Shown: positions 49,901-61,900 of the stretch, piece by piece
Position numbering within the stretch: position 1 is the first letter of the stretch
Layout of the letters: each line of letters starts with the position of its first letter
Assembly (NCBI RefSeq): GCF_964204645.1
Contig: NW_027437467.1
Coordinates: 1 to 64,000, forward strand
Reading direction: 5' to 3'
Source: Tubulanus polymorphus
Lineage: Eukaryota > Animalia > Nemertea
Length of the DNA: 64,000 nt
Notes under the pieces: model-generated
What the model was told of the DNA's origin: nothing
Database searches by the model: none
Seen by the model: only the letters and a program-made list of their open reading frames with translations
Translations under genes and position numbers: made by a program

Positions 49901-52900
49901 ACGAAAACGTCTTTTCTCGCGCTGAACGACGTTTTCGCGTCGAAAAGTGCTTTTCCTGACGATTTGAGCGCTTTTACGCATCGGCATTGTCGTTTTTCCG
50001 ATAGGGGGAATATTCGAAAAGAAAACGTCTTTTCTCGCGCTGAGCGACGTTTTCGCGTCGAAAAGTGCTTTTCCTGACGATTTGAGCGCTTTTACGCATC
50101 GGCATTGTCGTTTTTCCGATAGGGGGAATATTCGAAAAGAAAACGTCTTTTCTCGCGCTGAGCGACGTTTTCGCGTCGAAAAGTGCTTTTCCTGACGATT
50201 TGAGCGCTTTTACGCATCGGCATTGTCGTTTTTCCGATAGGGGGAATATTCGAAAAGAAAACGTCTTTTCTCGCGCTGAACTACGTTTTCGCGTCGAAAA
50301 GTGCTTTTCCTGACGATTTGAGCGCTTTTACGCTTCGACATTGTCGTTTTACCGATAGTGAGAATATTCGATACGAAAACGTCTTTTCTCGCGCTGAACG
50401 ACGTTTTCGCGTCGAAAAGTGCTTTTCCTGATGATTTGAGCGCTTTTACGCATCGACATTGTTGTTTTTTCCGATAGGGGGAATATTCGAAAAGAAAACG
50501 TCTTTTCTCGCGCTGAACGACGTTTTCGCGTCGAAAAGTGCTTTTCCTGACGATTTGAGCGCTTTTACGCATCGGCATTGTCGTTTTTCCGATAGGGGGA
50601 ATATTCGAAAAGAAAACGTCTTTTCTCGCGCTGAGCGACGTTTTCGCGTCGAAAAGTGCTTTTCCTGACGATTTGAGCGCTTTTACGCTTCGACATTGTC
50701 GTTTTACCGATAGTGAGAATATTCGATACGAAAACGTCTTTTCTCGCGCTGAACGACGTTTTCGCGTCGACAAGTGCTTTTCCTGATGATTTGAGCGCTT
50801 TTACGCATCGACATTGTTGTTTTTTCCGATAGGGGGAATATTCGAAAAGAAAACGTCTTTTCTCGCGCTGAACGACGTTTTCGCGTCGAAAAGTGCTTTT
50901 CCTGACGATTTGAGCCCTTTTACGCATCGGCATTGTCGTTTTTACGATAGGGCGAATATTCGATACGAAAACGTCTTTTCTCGCGCTGAGCGACGTTTTC
51001 GCGTCGAAAAGTGCTTTTCCTGACGATTTGAGCGCTTTTACGCATCGACATTGTCGTTTTTCCGATAGGGGGAATATTCGATAAGAAAACGTCTTTTCTC
51101 GCGCTGAACTACGTTTTCGCGTCGAAAAGTGCTTTTCACGATTTGAGCGCTTTTACGCATCGACATTGTCGTTTTACCGATAGGGAGAATATTCGACACG
51201 AAAACGTCTTTTCTCGCGCGCTGAACGACGTTTTCGCGTCGAAAAGTGCTTTTCCTGACGATTTGAGCGCTTTTACGCATCGACATTGTCGTTTTACCGA
51301 TAGGGAGAATATTCGACACGAAAACGTCTTTTCTCGGCGCTGAACGACGTTTTCGCGTCGAAAAGTGCTTTTCCTGACGATTTGAGCGCTTTTACGCATC
51401 GACATTGTCGTTTTTCCGATAGGGGGAATATTCGATACGAAAACGTCTTTTCTCGCGCTGAGCGACGTTTTCGCGTCGAAAAGTGCTTTTCCTTATGATT
51501 TGAGCGCTTTTACGCATCGACATTGTTGTTTTTTTTCCGATAGGGGGAATATTCGATACGAAAACGTCTTTTCTCGCGTCGAAAAGTGCTTTTCCTGACG
51601 ATTTGAGCGCTTTTACGCATCGGCATTGTCGTTTTTCCGATAGGGGGAATGTTCGATACGAAAACGTCTTTTCTCGCGCCGAACGACGTTTTCGCGTCGA
51701 AAAGTGCTTTTCCTGAAGATTTGAGCGCTTTTACGCATCGACATTGTCGTTTTACCGATAGGGAGAATATTCGACACGAAAACGTCTTTTCTCGCGCTGA
51801 ACGACGTTTTCGCGTCGAAAAGTGGTTTTCCTGACGATTTGAGCGCTTTTACGCATCGGCATTGTCGTTTTTCCGATAGGGGGAATATTCGAAAGAAAAC
51901 GTCTTTTCTCGCGCAGAGCGACGTTTTCGCGTCGAAAAGTGCTTTTCCTGACGATTTGAGCGCTTTTACGCATCGGCATTGTCGTTTTTCCGATAGGGGG
52001 AATATTCGAAAAGAAACGTCTTTTCTCGCGCAGAGCGACGTTTTCGCGTCGAAAAGTGCTTTTCCTGACGATTTGAGCGCTTTTACGCATCGACATTGTC
52101 GTTTTTCCGATAGGGAGAATATTTGATAAGAAAACGTCTTTTCTCGCGCTGAACTACGTTTTCGCGTCGAAAAGTGCTTTTCCTGACGATTTGAGCGCTT
52201 TTACGCATCGACATTGTCGTTTTACCGATAGGGAGAATATTCGACACGAAAACGTCTTTTCTCGCGCTGAACGACGTTTTCGCGTCCAATAGTGCTTTTC
52301 CTGACGATTTGAGCGCTTTTACGCATCGACATTGTCGTTTTACCGATAGTGAGAATATTCGATACGAAAACGACTTTTCTCGCGCTGAACGACGTTTTCG
52401 GGTCGAAAAGTGCTTTCCTGACGATTTGAGCGCTTTTACGCATCGGCATTGTCGTTTTTCCGATAGGGGGAATATTCGATACGACTTTTCTCGCGCTGAA
52501 CGACGTTTTCGGGTCGAAAAGTGCTTTTCCTGACGATTTGAGCGCTTTTACGCATCGACATTGTCGTTTTACCGATAGGGAGAATATTCGATACGAAAAC
52601 GTCTTTTCTCGCGCTGAACGACGTTTTCGCGTCGAAAAGTGCTTTTCCTGACGATTTGAGCGCTTTTACGCATCGGCATTGTCGTTTTTCCGATAGGGGG
52701 AATATTCGATACGAAAACGTCTTTTCTCGCGCTGAACGACGTTTTCGCGTCGAAAAGTGCTTTTCCTGACGATTTGAGCGCTTTTACGCATCGACATTGT
52801 CGTTTTTCCGATAGGGGGAATATTCGAAAAGAAAACGTCTTTTCTCGCGCTGAGCGACGTTTTCGCGTCGAAAAGTGCTTTTCCTGACGATTTGAGCGCT

Positions 52901-55900
52901 TTTACGCATCGACATTGTCGTTTTTCCGATAGGGGGAATATTCGACACGAAAACGTCTTTTCTCGCGCTGAGCGACGTTTTCGCGTCGAAAAGTGCTTTT
53001 CCTGACGATTTGAGCGCTTTTACGCATCGACATTGTCGTTTTACCGATAGGGAGAATATTCGACACGAAAACGTCTTTTCTCGCGCCGAACGACGTTTTC
53101 GCGTCGAAAAGTGCTTTTCCTGACGATTTGAGCGCTTTAACGCATCGGCATTGTCGTTTTTCCGATAGGGAGAATATTCGACACGAAAACGTCTTTTCTC
53201 GCGCTGAACGACGTTTTCGCGTCGAAAAGTGCTTTTCCTGACGATTTGAGCGCTTTTACGCATCGACATTGTCGTTTTTCCGATAGGGGGAATATTCGAC
53301 ACGAAAACGTCTTTTCTCGCGCTGAGCGACGTTTTCGCGTCGAAAAGTGGTTTTCCTGACGATTTGAGCGCTTTTACGCATCGGCATTGTCGTTTTTCCG
53401 ATAGGGGGAATATTCGAAAAGAAAACGTCTTTTCTCGCGCAGAGCGACGTTTTCGCGTCGAAAAGTGCTTTTCCTGACGATTTGAGCGCTTTTACGCATC
53501 GGCATTGTCGTTTTTCCGATAGGGGGAATATTCGAAAAGAAAACGTCTTTTCTCGCGCAGAGCGACGTTTTCGCGTCGAAAAGTGCTTTTCCTGACGATT
53601 TGAGCGCTTTTACGCATCGACATTGTCGTTTTTCCGATAGGGAGAATATTTGATAAGAAAACGTCTTTTCTCGCGCTGAACTACGTTTTCGCGTCGAAAA
53701 GTGCTTTTCCTGACGATTTGAGCGCTTTTACGCATCGACATTGTCGTTTTACCGATAGGGAGAATATTCGACACGAAAACGTCTTTTCTCGCGCTGAACG
53801 ACGTTTTCGCGTCCAATAGTGCTTTTCCTTATGATTTGAGCGCTTTTACGCATCGACATTGTTGTTTTTTTTCCGATAGGGGGAATATTCGATACGAAAA
53901 CGTCTTTTCTCGCGTCGAAAAGTGCTTTTCCTGACGATTTGAGCGCTTTTACGCATCGGCATTGTCGTTTTTCCGATAGGGGGAATGTTCGATACGAAAA
54001 CGTCTTTTCTCGCGCCGAACGACGTTTTCGCGTCGAAAAGTGCTTTTCCTGAAGATTTGAGCGCTTTTACGCATCGACATTGTCGTTTTACCGATAGGGA
54101 GAATATTCGACACGAAAACGTCTTTTCTCGCGCTGAACGACGTTTTCGCGTCGAAAAGTGGTTTTCCTGACGATTTGAGCGCTTTTACGCATCGGCATTG
54201 TCGTTTTTCCGATAGGGGGAATATTCGAAAAGAAAACGTCTTTCTCGCGCAGAGCGACGTTTTCGCGTCGAAAAGTGCTTTTCCTGACGATTTGAGCGCT
54301 TTTACGCATCGGCATTGTCGTTTTTCCGATAGGGGGAATATTCGAAAAGAAAACGTCTTTTCTCGCGCAGAGCGACGTTTTCGCGTCGAAAAGTGCTTTT
54401 CCTGACGATTTGAGCGCTTTTACGCATCGACATTGTCGTTTTTCCGATAGGGAGAATATTTGATAAGAAAACGTCTTTTCTCGCGCTGAACTACGTTTTC
54501 GCGTCGAAAAGTGCTTTTCCTGACGATTTGAGCGCTTTTACGCATCGACATTGTCGTTTTACCGATAGGGAGAATATTCGACACGAAAACGTCTTTTCTC
54601 GCGCTGAACGACGTTTTCGCGTCCAATAGTGCTTTTCCTGACGATTTGAGCGCTTTTACGCATCGACATTGTCGTTTTACCGATAGTGAGAATATTCGAT
54701 ACGAAAACGACTTTTCTCGCGCTGAACGACGTTTTCGGGTCGAAAAGTGCTTTTCCTGACGATTTGAGCGCTTTTACGCATCGACATTGTCGTTTTACCG
54801 ATAGGGAGAATATTCGACACGAAAACGTCTTTTCTCGCGCCGAACGACGTTTTCGCGTCGAAAAGTGCTTTTCCTGACGATTTGAGCGCTTTAACGCATC
54901 GGCATTGTCGTTTTTCCGATAGGGAGAATATTCGACACGAAAACGTCTTTTCTCGCGCGCTGAACGACGTTTTCGCGTCGAAAAGTGCTTTTCCTGACGA
55001 TTTGAGCGCTTTTACGCATCGACATTGTCGTTTTTCCGATAGGGGGAATATTCGACACGAAAACGTCTTTTCTCGCGCTGAGCGACGTTTTCGCGTCGAA
55101 AAGTGGTTTTCCTGACGATTTGAGCGCTTTTACGCATCGGCATTGTCGTTTTTCCGATAGGGGGAATATTCGAAAAGAAAACGTCTTTTCTCGCGCAGAG
55201 CGACGTTTTCGCGTCGAAAAGTGCTTTTCCTGACGATTTGAGCGCTTTTACGCATCGGCATTGTCGTTTTTCCGATAGGGGGAATATTCGAAAAGAAAAC
55301 GTCTTTTCTCGCGCAGAGCGACGTTTTCGCGTCGAAAAGTGCTTTTCCTGACGATTTGAGCGCTTTTACGCATCGACATTGTCGTTTTTCCGATAGGGAG
55401 AATATTTGATAAGAAAACGTCTTTTCTCGCGCTGAACTACGTTTTCGCGTCGAAAAGTGCTTTTCCTGACGATTTGAGCGCTTTTACGCATCGACATTGT
55501 CGTTTTACCGATAGGGAGAATATTCGACACGAAAACGTCTTTTCTCGCGCTGAACGACGTTTTCGCGTCCAATAGTGCTTTTCCTGACGATTTGAGCGCT
55601 TTTACGCATCGACATTGTCGTTTTACCGATAGTGAGAATATTCGATACGAAAACGACTTTTCTCGCGCTGAACGACGTTTTCGGTCGAAAAGTGCTTTTC
55701 CTGACGATTTGAGCGCTTTTACGCATCGGCATTGTCGTTTTTCCGATAGGGGGAATATTCGATACGACTTTTCTCGCGCTGAACGACGTTTTCGGGTCGA
55801 AAAGTGCTTTTCCTGACGATTTGAGCGCTTTTACGCATCGACATTGTCGTTTTACCGATAGGGAGAATATTCGATACGAAAACGTCTTTTCTCGCGCTGA

Positions 55901-58900
55901 ACGACGTTTTCGCGTCGAAAAGTGCTTTTCCTGACGATTTGAGCGCTTTTACGCATCGGCATTGTCGTTTTTCCGATAGGGGGAATATTCGATACGAAAA
56001 CGTCTTTTCTCGCGCCGAACGACGTTTTCGCGTCGAAAAGTGCTTTTCCTGACGATTTGAGCGCTTTTACGCATCGACATTGTCGTTTTTCCGATAGGGG
56101 GAATATTCGAAAAGAAAACGTCTTTTCTCGCGCTGAGCGACGTTTTCGCGTCGAAAAGTGCTTTTCCTGACGATTTGAGCGCTTTTACGCATCGACATTG
56201 TCGTTTTTCCGATAGGGGGAATATTCGACACGAAAACGTCTTTTCTCGCGCTGAGCGACGTTTTCGCGTCGAAAAGTGCTTTTCCTGACGATTTGAGCGC
56301 TTTTACGCATCGACATTGTCGTTTTACCGATAGGGAGAATATTCGACACGAAAACGTCTTTTCTCGCGCCGAACGACGTTTTCGCGTCGAAAAGTGCTTT
56401 TCCTGACGATTTGAGCGCTTTAACGCATCGGCATTGTCGTTTTTCCGATAGGGAGAATATTCGACACGAAAACGTCTTTTCTCGCGCTGAACGACGTTTT
56501 CGCGTCGAAAAGTGCTTTTCCTGACGATTTGAGCGCTTTTACGCATCGACATTGTCGTTTTTCCGATAGGGGGAATATTCGACACGAAAACGTCTTTTCT
56601 CGCGCTGAGCGACGTTTTCGCGTCGAAAAGTGGTTTTCCTGACGATTTGAGCGCTTTTACGCATCGGCATTGTCGTTTTTCCGATAGGGGGAATATTCGA
56701 AAAGAAAACGTCTTTTCTCGCGCAGAGCGACGTTTTCGCGTCGAAAAGTGCTTTTCCTGACGATTTGAGCGCTTTTACGCATCGGCATTGTCGTTTTTCC
56801 GATAGGGGGAATATTCGAAAAGAAAACGTCTTTTCTCGCGCAGAGCGACGTTTTCGCGTCGAAAAGTGCTTTTCCTGACGATTTGAGCGCTTTTACGCAT
56901 CGACATTGTCGTTTTTCCGATAGGGAGAATATTTGATAAGAAAACGTCTTTTCTCGCGCTGAACTACGTTTTCGCGTCGAAAAGTGCTTTTCCTGACGAT
57001 TTGAGCGCTTTTACGCATCGACATTGTCGTTTTACCATACGCACTGAAAACGTCTTTTCTCGCGCTGAGAGACGTTTTCGTGTCGAATAGTGCTTTTCCT
57101 GACGATTTGAGCGCTTTTACGCATCGACATTGTCGTTTTACCGATAGTGAGAATATTCGATACGAAAACGACTTTTCTCGCGCTGAACGACGTTTTCGGG
57201 TCGAAAAGTGCTTTTCCTGACGATTTGAGCGCTTTTACGCATCGGCATTGTCGTTTTTCCGATAGGGGGAATATTCGATACGACTTTTCTCGCGCTGAAC
57301 GACGTTTTCGGGTCGAAAAGTGCTTTTCCTGACGATTTGAGCGCTTTTACGCATCGACATTGTCGTTTTACCGATAGGGAGAATATTCGATACGAAAACG
57401 TCTTTTCTCGCGCTGAACGACGTTTTCGCGTCGAAAAGTGCTTTTCCTGACGATTTGAGCGCTTTTACGCATCGGCATTGTCGTTTTTCCGATAGGGGGA
57501 ATATTCGATACGAAAACGTCTTTTCTCGCGCCGAACGACGTTTTCGCGTCGAAAAGTGCTTTTCCTGACGATTTGAGCGCTTTTACGCATCGACATTGTC
57601 GTTTTTCCGATAGGGGGAATATTCGAAAAGAAAACGTCTTTTCTCGCGCTGAGCGACGTTTTCGCGTCGAAAAGTGCTTTTCCTGACGATTTGAGCGCTT
57701 TTACGCATCGACATTGTCGTTTTTCCGATAGGGGGAATATTCGACACGAAAACGTCTTTTCTCGCGCTGAGCGACGTTTTCGCGTCGAAAAGTGCTTTTC
57801 CTGACGATTTGAGCGCTTTTACGCATCGACATTGTCGTTTTACCGATAGGGAGAATATTCGACACGAAAACGTCTTTTCTCGCGCCGAACGACGTTTTCG
57901 CGTCGAAAAGTGCTTTTCCTGACGATTTGAGCGCTTTAACGCATCGGCATTGTCGTTTTTCCGATAGGGAGAATATTCGACACGAAAACGTCTTTTCTCG
58001 CGCTGAACGACGTTTTCGCGTCGAAAAGTGCTTTTCCTGACGATTTGAGCGCTTTTACGCATCGACATTGTCGTTTTACCGATAGGGAGAATATTCGACA
58101 CGAAAACGTCTTTTCTCGCGCTGAACGACGTTTTCGCGTCGAAAAGTGCTTTTCCTGACGATTTGAGCGCTTTTACGCATCGGCATTGTCGTTTTACCGA
58201 TAGGGAGAATATTCGACACGAAAACGTCTTTTCTCGCGCTGAACGACGTTTTCGCGTCGAAAAGTGCTTTTCCTGACGATTTGAGCGCTTTTACGCATCG
58301 GCATTGTCGTTTTACCGATAGGGAGAATATTCGACACGAAAACGTCTTTTCTCGCGCTGAACGACGTTTTCGCGTCGAAAAGTGCTTTTCCTGACGATTT
58401 GAGCGCTTTTACGCATCGACATTGTCGTTTTACCGATAGGGAGAATATTCGACACGAAAACGTCTTTTCTCGCGCTGAACGACGTTTTCGCGTCGAAAAG
58501 TGCTTTTCCTGACGATTTGAGCGCTTTTACGCATCGACATTGTCGTTTTTCCGATAGGGGGAATATTCGAAAAGAAAACGTCTTTTCTCGCGCTGAGCGA
58601 CGTTTTCGCGTCGAAAAGTGCTTTTCCTGACGATTTGAGCGCTTTTACGCATCGACATTGTCGTTTTTCCGATAGGGGGAATATTCGATAAGAAAACGTC
58701 TTTTCTCGCGCTGAACTACGTTTTCGCGTCGAAAAGTGCTTTTCCTGACGATTTGAGCGCTTTTACGCATCGACATTGTCGTTTTACCGATAGGGAGAAT
58801 ATTCGACACGAAAACGTCTTTTCTCGCGCTGAACGACGTTTTCGCGTCGAAAAGTGCTTTTCCTGACGATTTGAGCGCTTTTACGCATCGACATTGTCGT

Positions 58901-61900
58901 TTTTCCGATAGGGGGAATATTCGATAAGAAAACGACTTTTCTCGCGCTGAACTACGTTTTCGCGTCGAAAAGTGCTTTTCCTGACGATTTGAGCGCTTTT
59001 ACGCATCGACATTGTCCATTGTCGTTTTACCGATAGGGAGAATATTCGACACGAAAACGTCTTTTCTCGCGCTGAACGACGTTTTCGCGTCGAAAAGTGG
59101 TTTTCCTGACGATTTGAGCGCTTTTACGCATCGGCATTGTCGTTTTTCCGATAGGGGAATATCGAAAAGAAAACGTCTTTTCTCGCGCAGAGCGACGTTT
59201 TCGCGTCGAAAAGTGCTTTTCCTGACGATTTGAGCGCTTTTACGCATCGGCATTGTCGTTTTTCCGATAGGGGGAATATTCGAAAGAAAACGTCTTTTCT
59301 CGCGCAGAGCGACGTTTCGCGTCGAAAAGTGCTTTTCCTGACGATTTGAGCCGCTTTTACGCATCGACATTGTCGTTTTTCCGATAGGGAGAATATTTGA
59401 TAAGAAAACGTCTTTTCTCGCGCTGAACTACGTTTTCGCGTCGAAAAGTGCTTTTCCTGACGATTTGAGCGCTTTTACGCATCGACATTGTCGTTTTACC
59501 GATAGGGAGAATATTCGACACGAAAACGTCTTTTCTCGCGCTGAACGACGTTTTCGCGTCCAATAGTGCTTTTCCTGACGATTTGAGCGCTTTACGCATC
59601 GACATTGTCGTTTTACCGATAGTGAGAATATTCGATACGAAAACGACTTTTCTCGCGCTGAACGACGTTTTCGGGTCGAAAAGTGCTTTTCCTGACGATT
59701 TGAGCGCTTTTACGCATCGGCATTGTCGTTTTTCCGATAGGGGGAATATTCGATACGACTTTTCTCGCGCTGAACGACGTTTTCGGGTCGAAAAGTGCTT
59801 TTCCTGACGATTTGAGCGCTTTTACGCATCGACATTGTCGTTTTACCGATAGGGAGAATATTCGATACGAAACGTCTTTTCTCGCGCTGAACGACGTTTT
59901 CGCGTCGAAAAGTGCTTTTCCTGACGATTTGAGCGCTTTTACGCATCGACATTGTCGTTTTTCCGATAGGGGAATATTCGAAAAGAAAACGTCTTTTCTC
60001 GCGCTGAGCGACGTTTCGCGTCGAAAAGTGCTTTTCCTGACGATTTGAGCGCTTTTACGCATCGACATTGTCGTTTTTCCGATAGGGGGAATATTCGACA
60101 CGAAAACGTCTTTTCTCGCGCTGAGCGACGTTTTCGCGTCGAAAAGTGCTTTTCCTGACGATTTGAGCGCTTTTACGCATCGACATTGTCGTTTTACCGA
60201 TAGGGAGAATATTCGACACGAAAACGTCTTTTCTCGCGCCGAACGACGTTTTCGCGTCGAAAAGTGCTTTTCCTGACGATTTGAGCGCTTTAACGCATCG
60301 GCATTGTCGTTTTTCCGATAGGGAGAATATTCGACACGAAAACGTCTTTCTCGCGCTGAACGACGTTTTCGCGTCGAAAAGTGCTTTTCCTGACGATTTG
60401 AGCGCTTTTACGCATCGACATTGTCGTTTTACCGATAGGGAGAATATTCGACACGAAAACGTCTTTTCTCGCGCTGAACGACGTTTTCGCGTCGAAAAGT
60501 GCTTTTCCTGACGATTTGAGCGCTTTTACGCATCGGCATTGTCGTTTTACCGATAGGGAGAATATTCGACACGAAAACGTCTTTTCTCGCGCTGAACGAC
60601 GTTTTCGCGTCGAAAAGTGCTTTTCCTGACGATTTGAGCGCTTTTACGCATCGGCATTGTCGTTTTACCGATAGGGAGAATATTCGACACGAAAACGTCT
60701 TTTCTCGCGCTGAACGACGTTTTCGCGTCGAAAAGTGCTTTTCTGACGATTTGAGCGCTTTTACGCATCGACATTGTCGTTTTACCGATAGGGAGAATAT
60801 TCGACACGAAAACGTCTTTTCTCGCGCTGAACGACGTTTTCGCGTCGAAAAGTGCTTTTCCTGACGATTTGAGCGCTTTTACGCATCGGCATTGTCGTTT
60901 TTCCGATAGGGGGAATATTCGATACGAAAACGTCTTTTCTCGCGCTGAACGACGTTTTCGCGTCGAAAAGTGCTTTTCCTGGCGATTTGAGCGCTTTTAC
61001 GCATCGACATTGTCGTTTTACCGATAGGGAGAATATTCGACACGAAAACGTCTTTTCTCGCGCCGAACGACGTTTTCGCGTCGAAAAGTGCTTTTCCTGA
61101 CGATTTGAGCGCTTTTACGCATCGACATTGTCGTTTTACCGATAGGGAGAATATTCGACACGAAAACGTCTTTTCTCGCGCCGAACGACGTTTTCGCGTC
61201 GAAAAGTGCTTTTCCTGACGATTTGAGCGCTTTTACGCATCGGCATTGTCGTTTTTCCGATAGGGGGAATATTCGATACGAAAACGTCTTTTCTCGCGTC
61301 GAAAAGTGCTTTTCCTGACGATTTGAGCGCTTTTACGCATCGGCATTGTCGTTTTTCCGATAGGGGGAATATTCGATACGAAAACGTCTTTTCTCGCGCC
61401 GAACGACGTTTTCGCGTCGAAAAGTGCTTTTCCTGACGATTTGAGCGCTTTTACGCATCGACATTGTCGTTTTACCGATAGGGAGAATATTCGACACGAA
61501 AACGTCTTTTCTCGCGCTGAGCGACGTTTTCGCGTCAAAAAGTGCTTTTCCTGACGATTTGAGCGCTTTTACGCATCGGCATTGTCGTTTTTCCGATAGG
61601 GGGAATATCCGAAAAGAAAACGTCTTTTCTCGCGCTGAGCGACGTTTTCGCGTCGAAAATTGCTTTTCCTGACGATTTGAGCGCTTTTACGCATCGACAT
61701 TGTCGTTTTTCCGATAGGGGGAATATTCGATAAGAAAACGTCTTTTCTCGCGCTGAACTACGTTTTCGCGTCGAAAAGTGCTTTTCCTGACGATTTGAGC
61801 GCTTTTACGCATCGACATTGTCGTTTTACCGATAGGGAGAATATTCGACACGAAAACGTCTTTTCTCGCGCTAAACGACGTTTTCGCGTCGAAAAGTGCT

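Noticed and set aside
59010-60750. 7-bp duplication CATTGTC at ~59010 and many 1-bp indels (similar ones at 51.1-52.4 kb and 54-55.7 kb)
   Set aside because: They are singletons concentrated in short stretches and absent from duplicated counterparts; probably low-coverage sequencing errors, not interpretable without reads.
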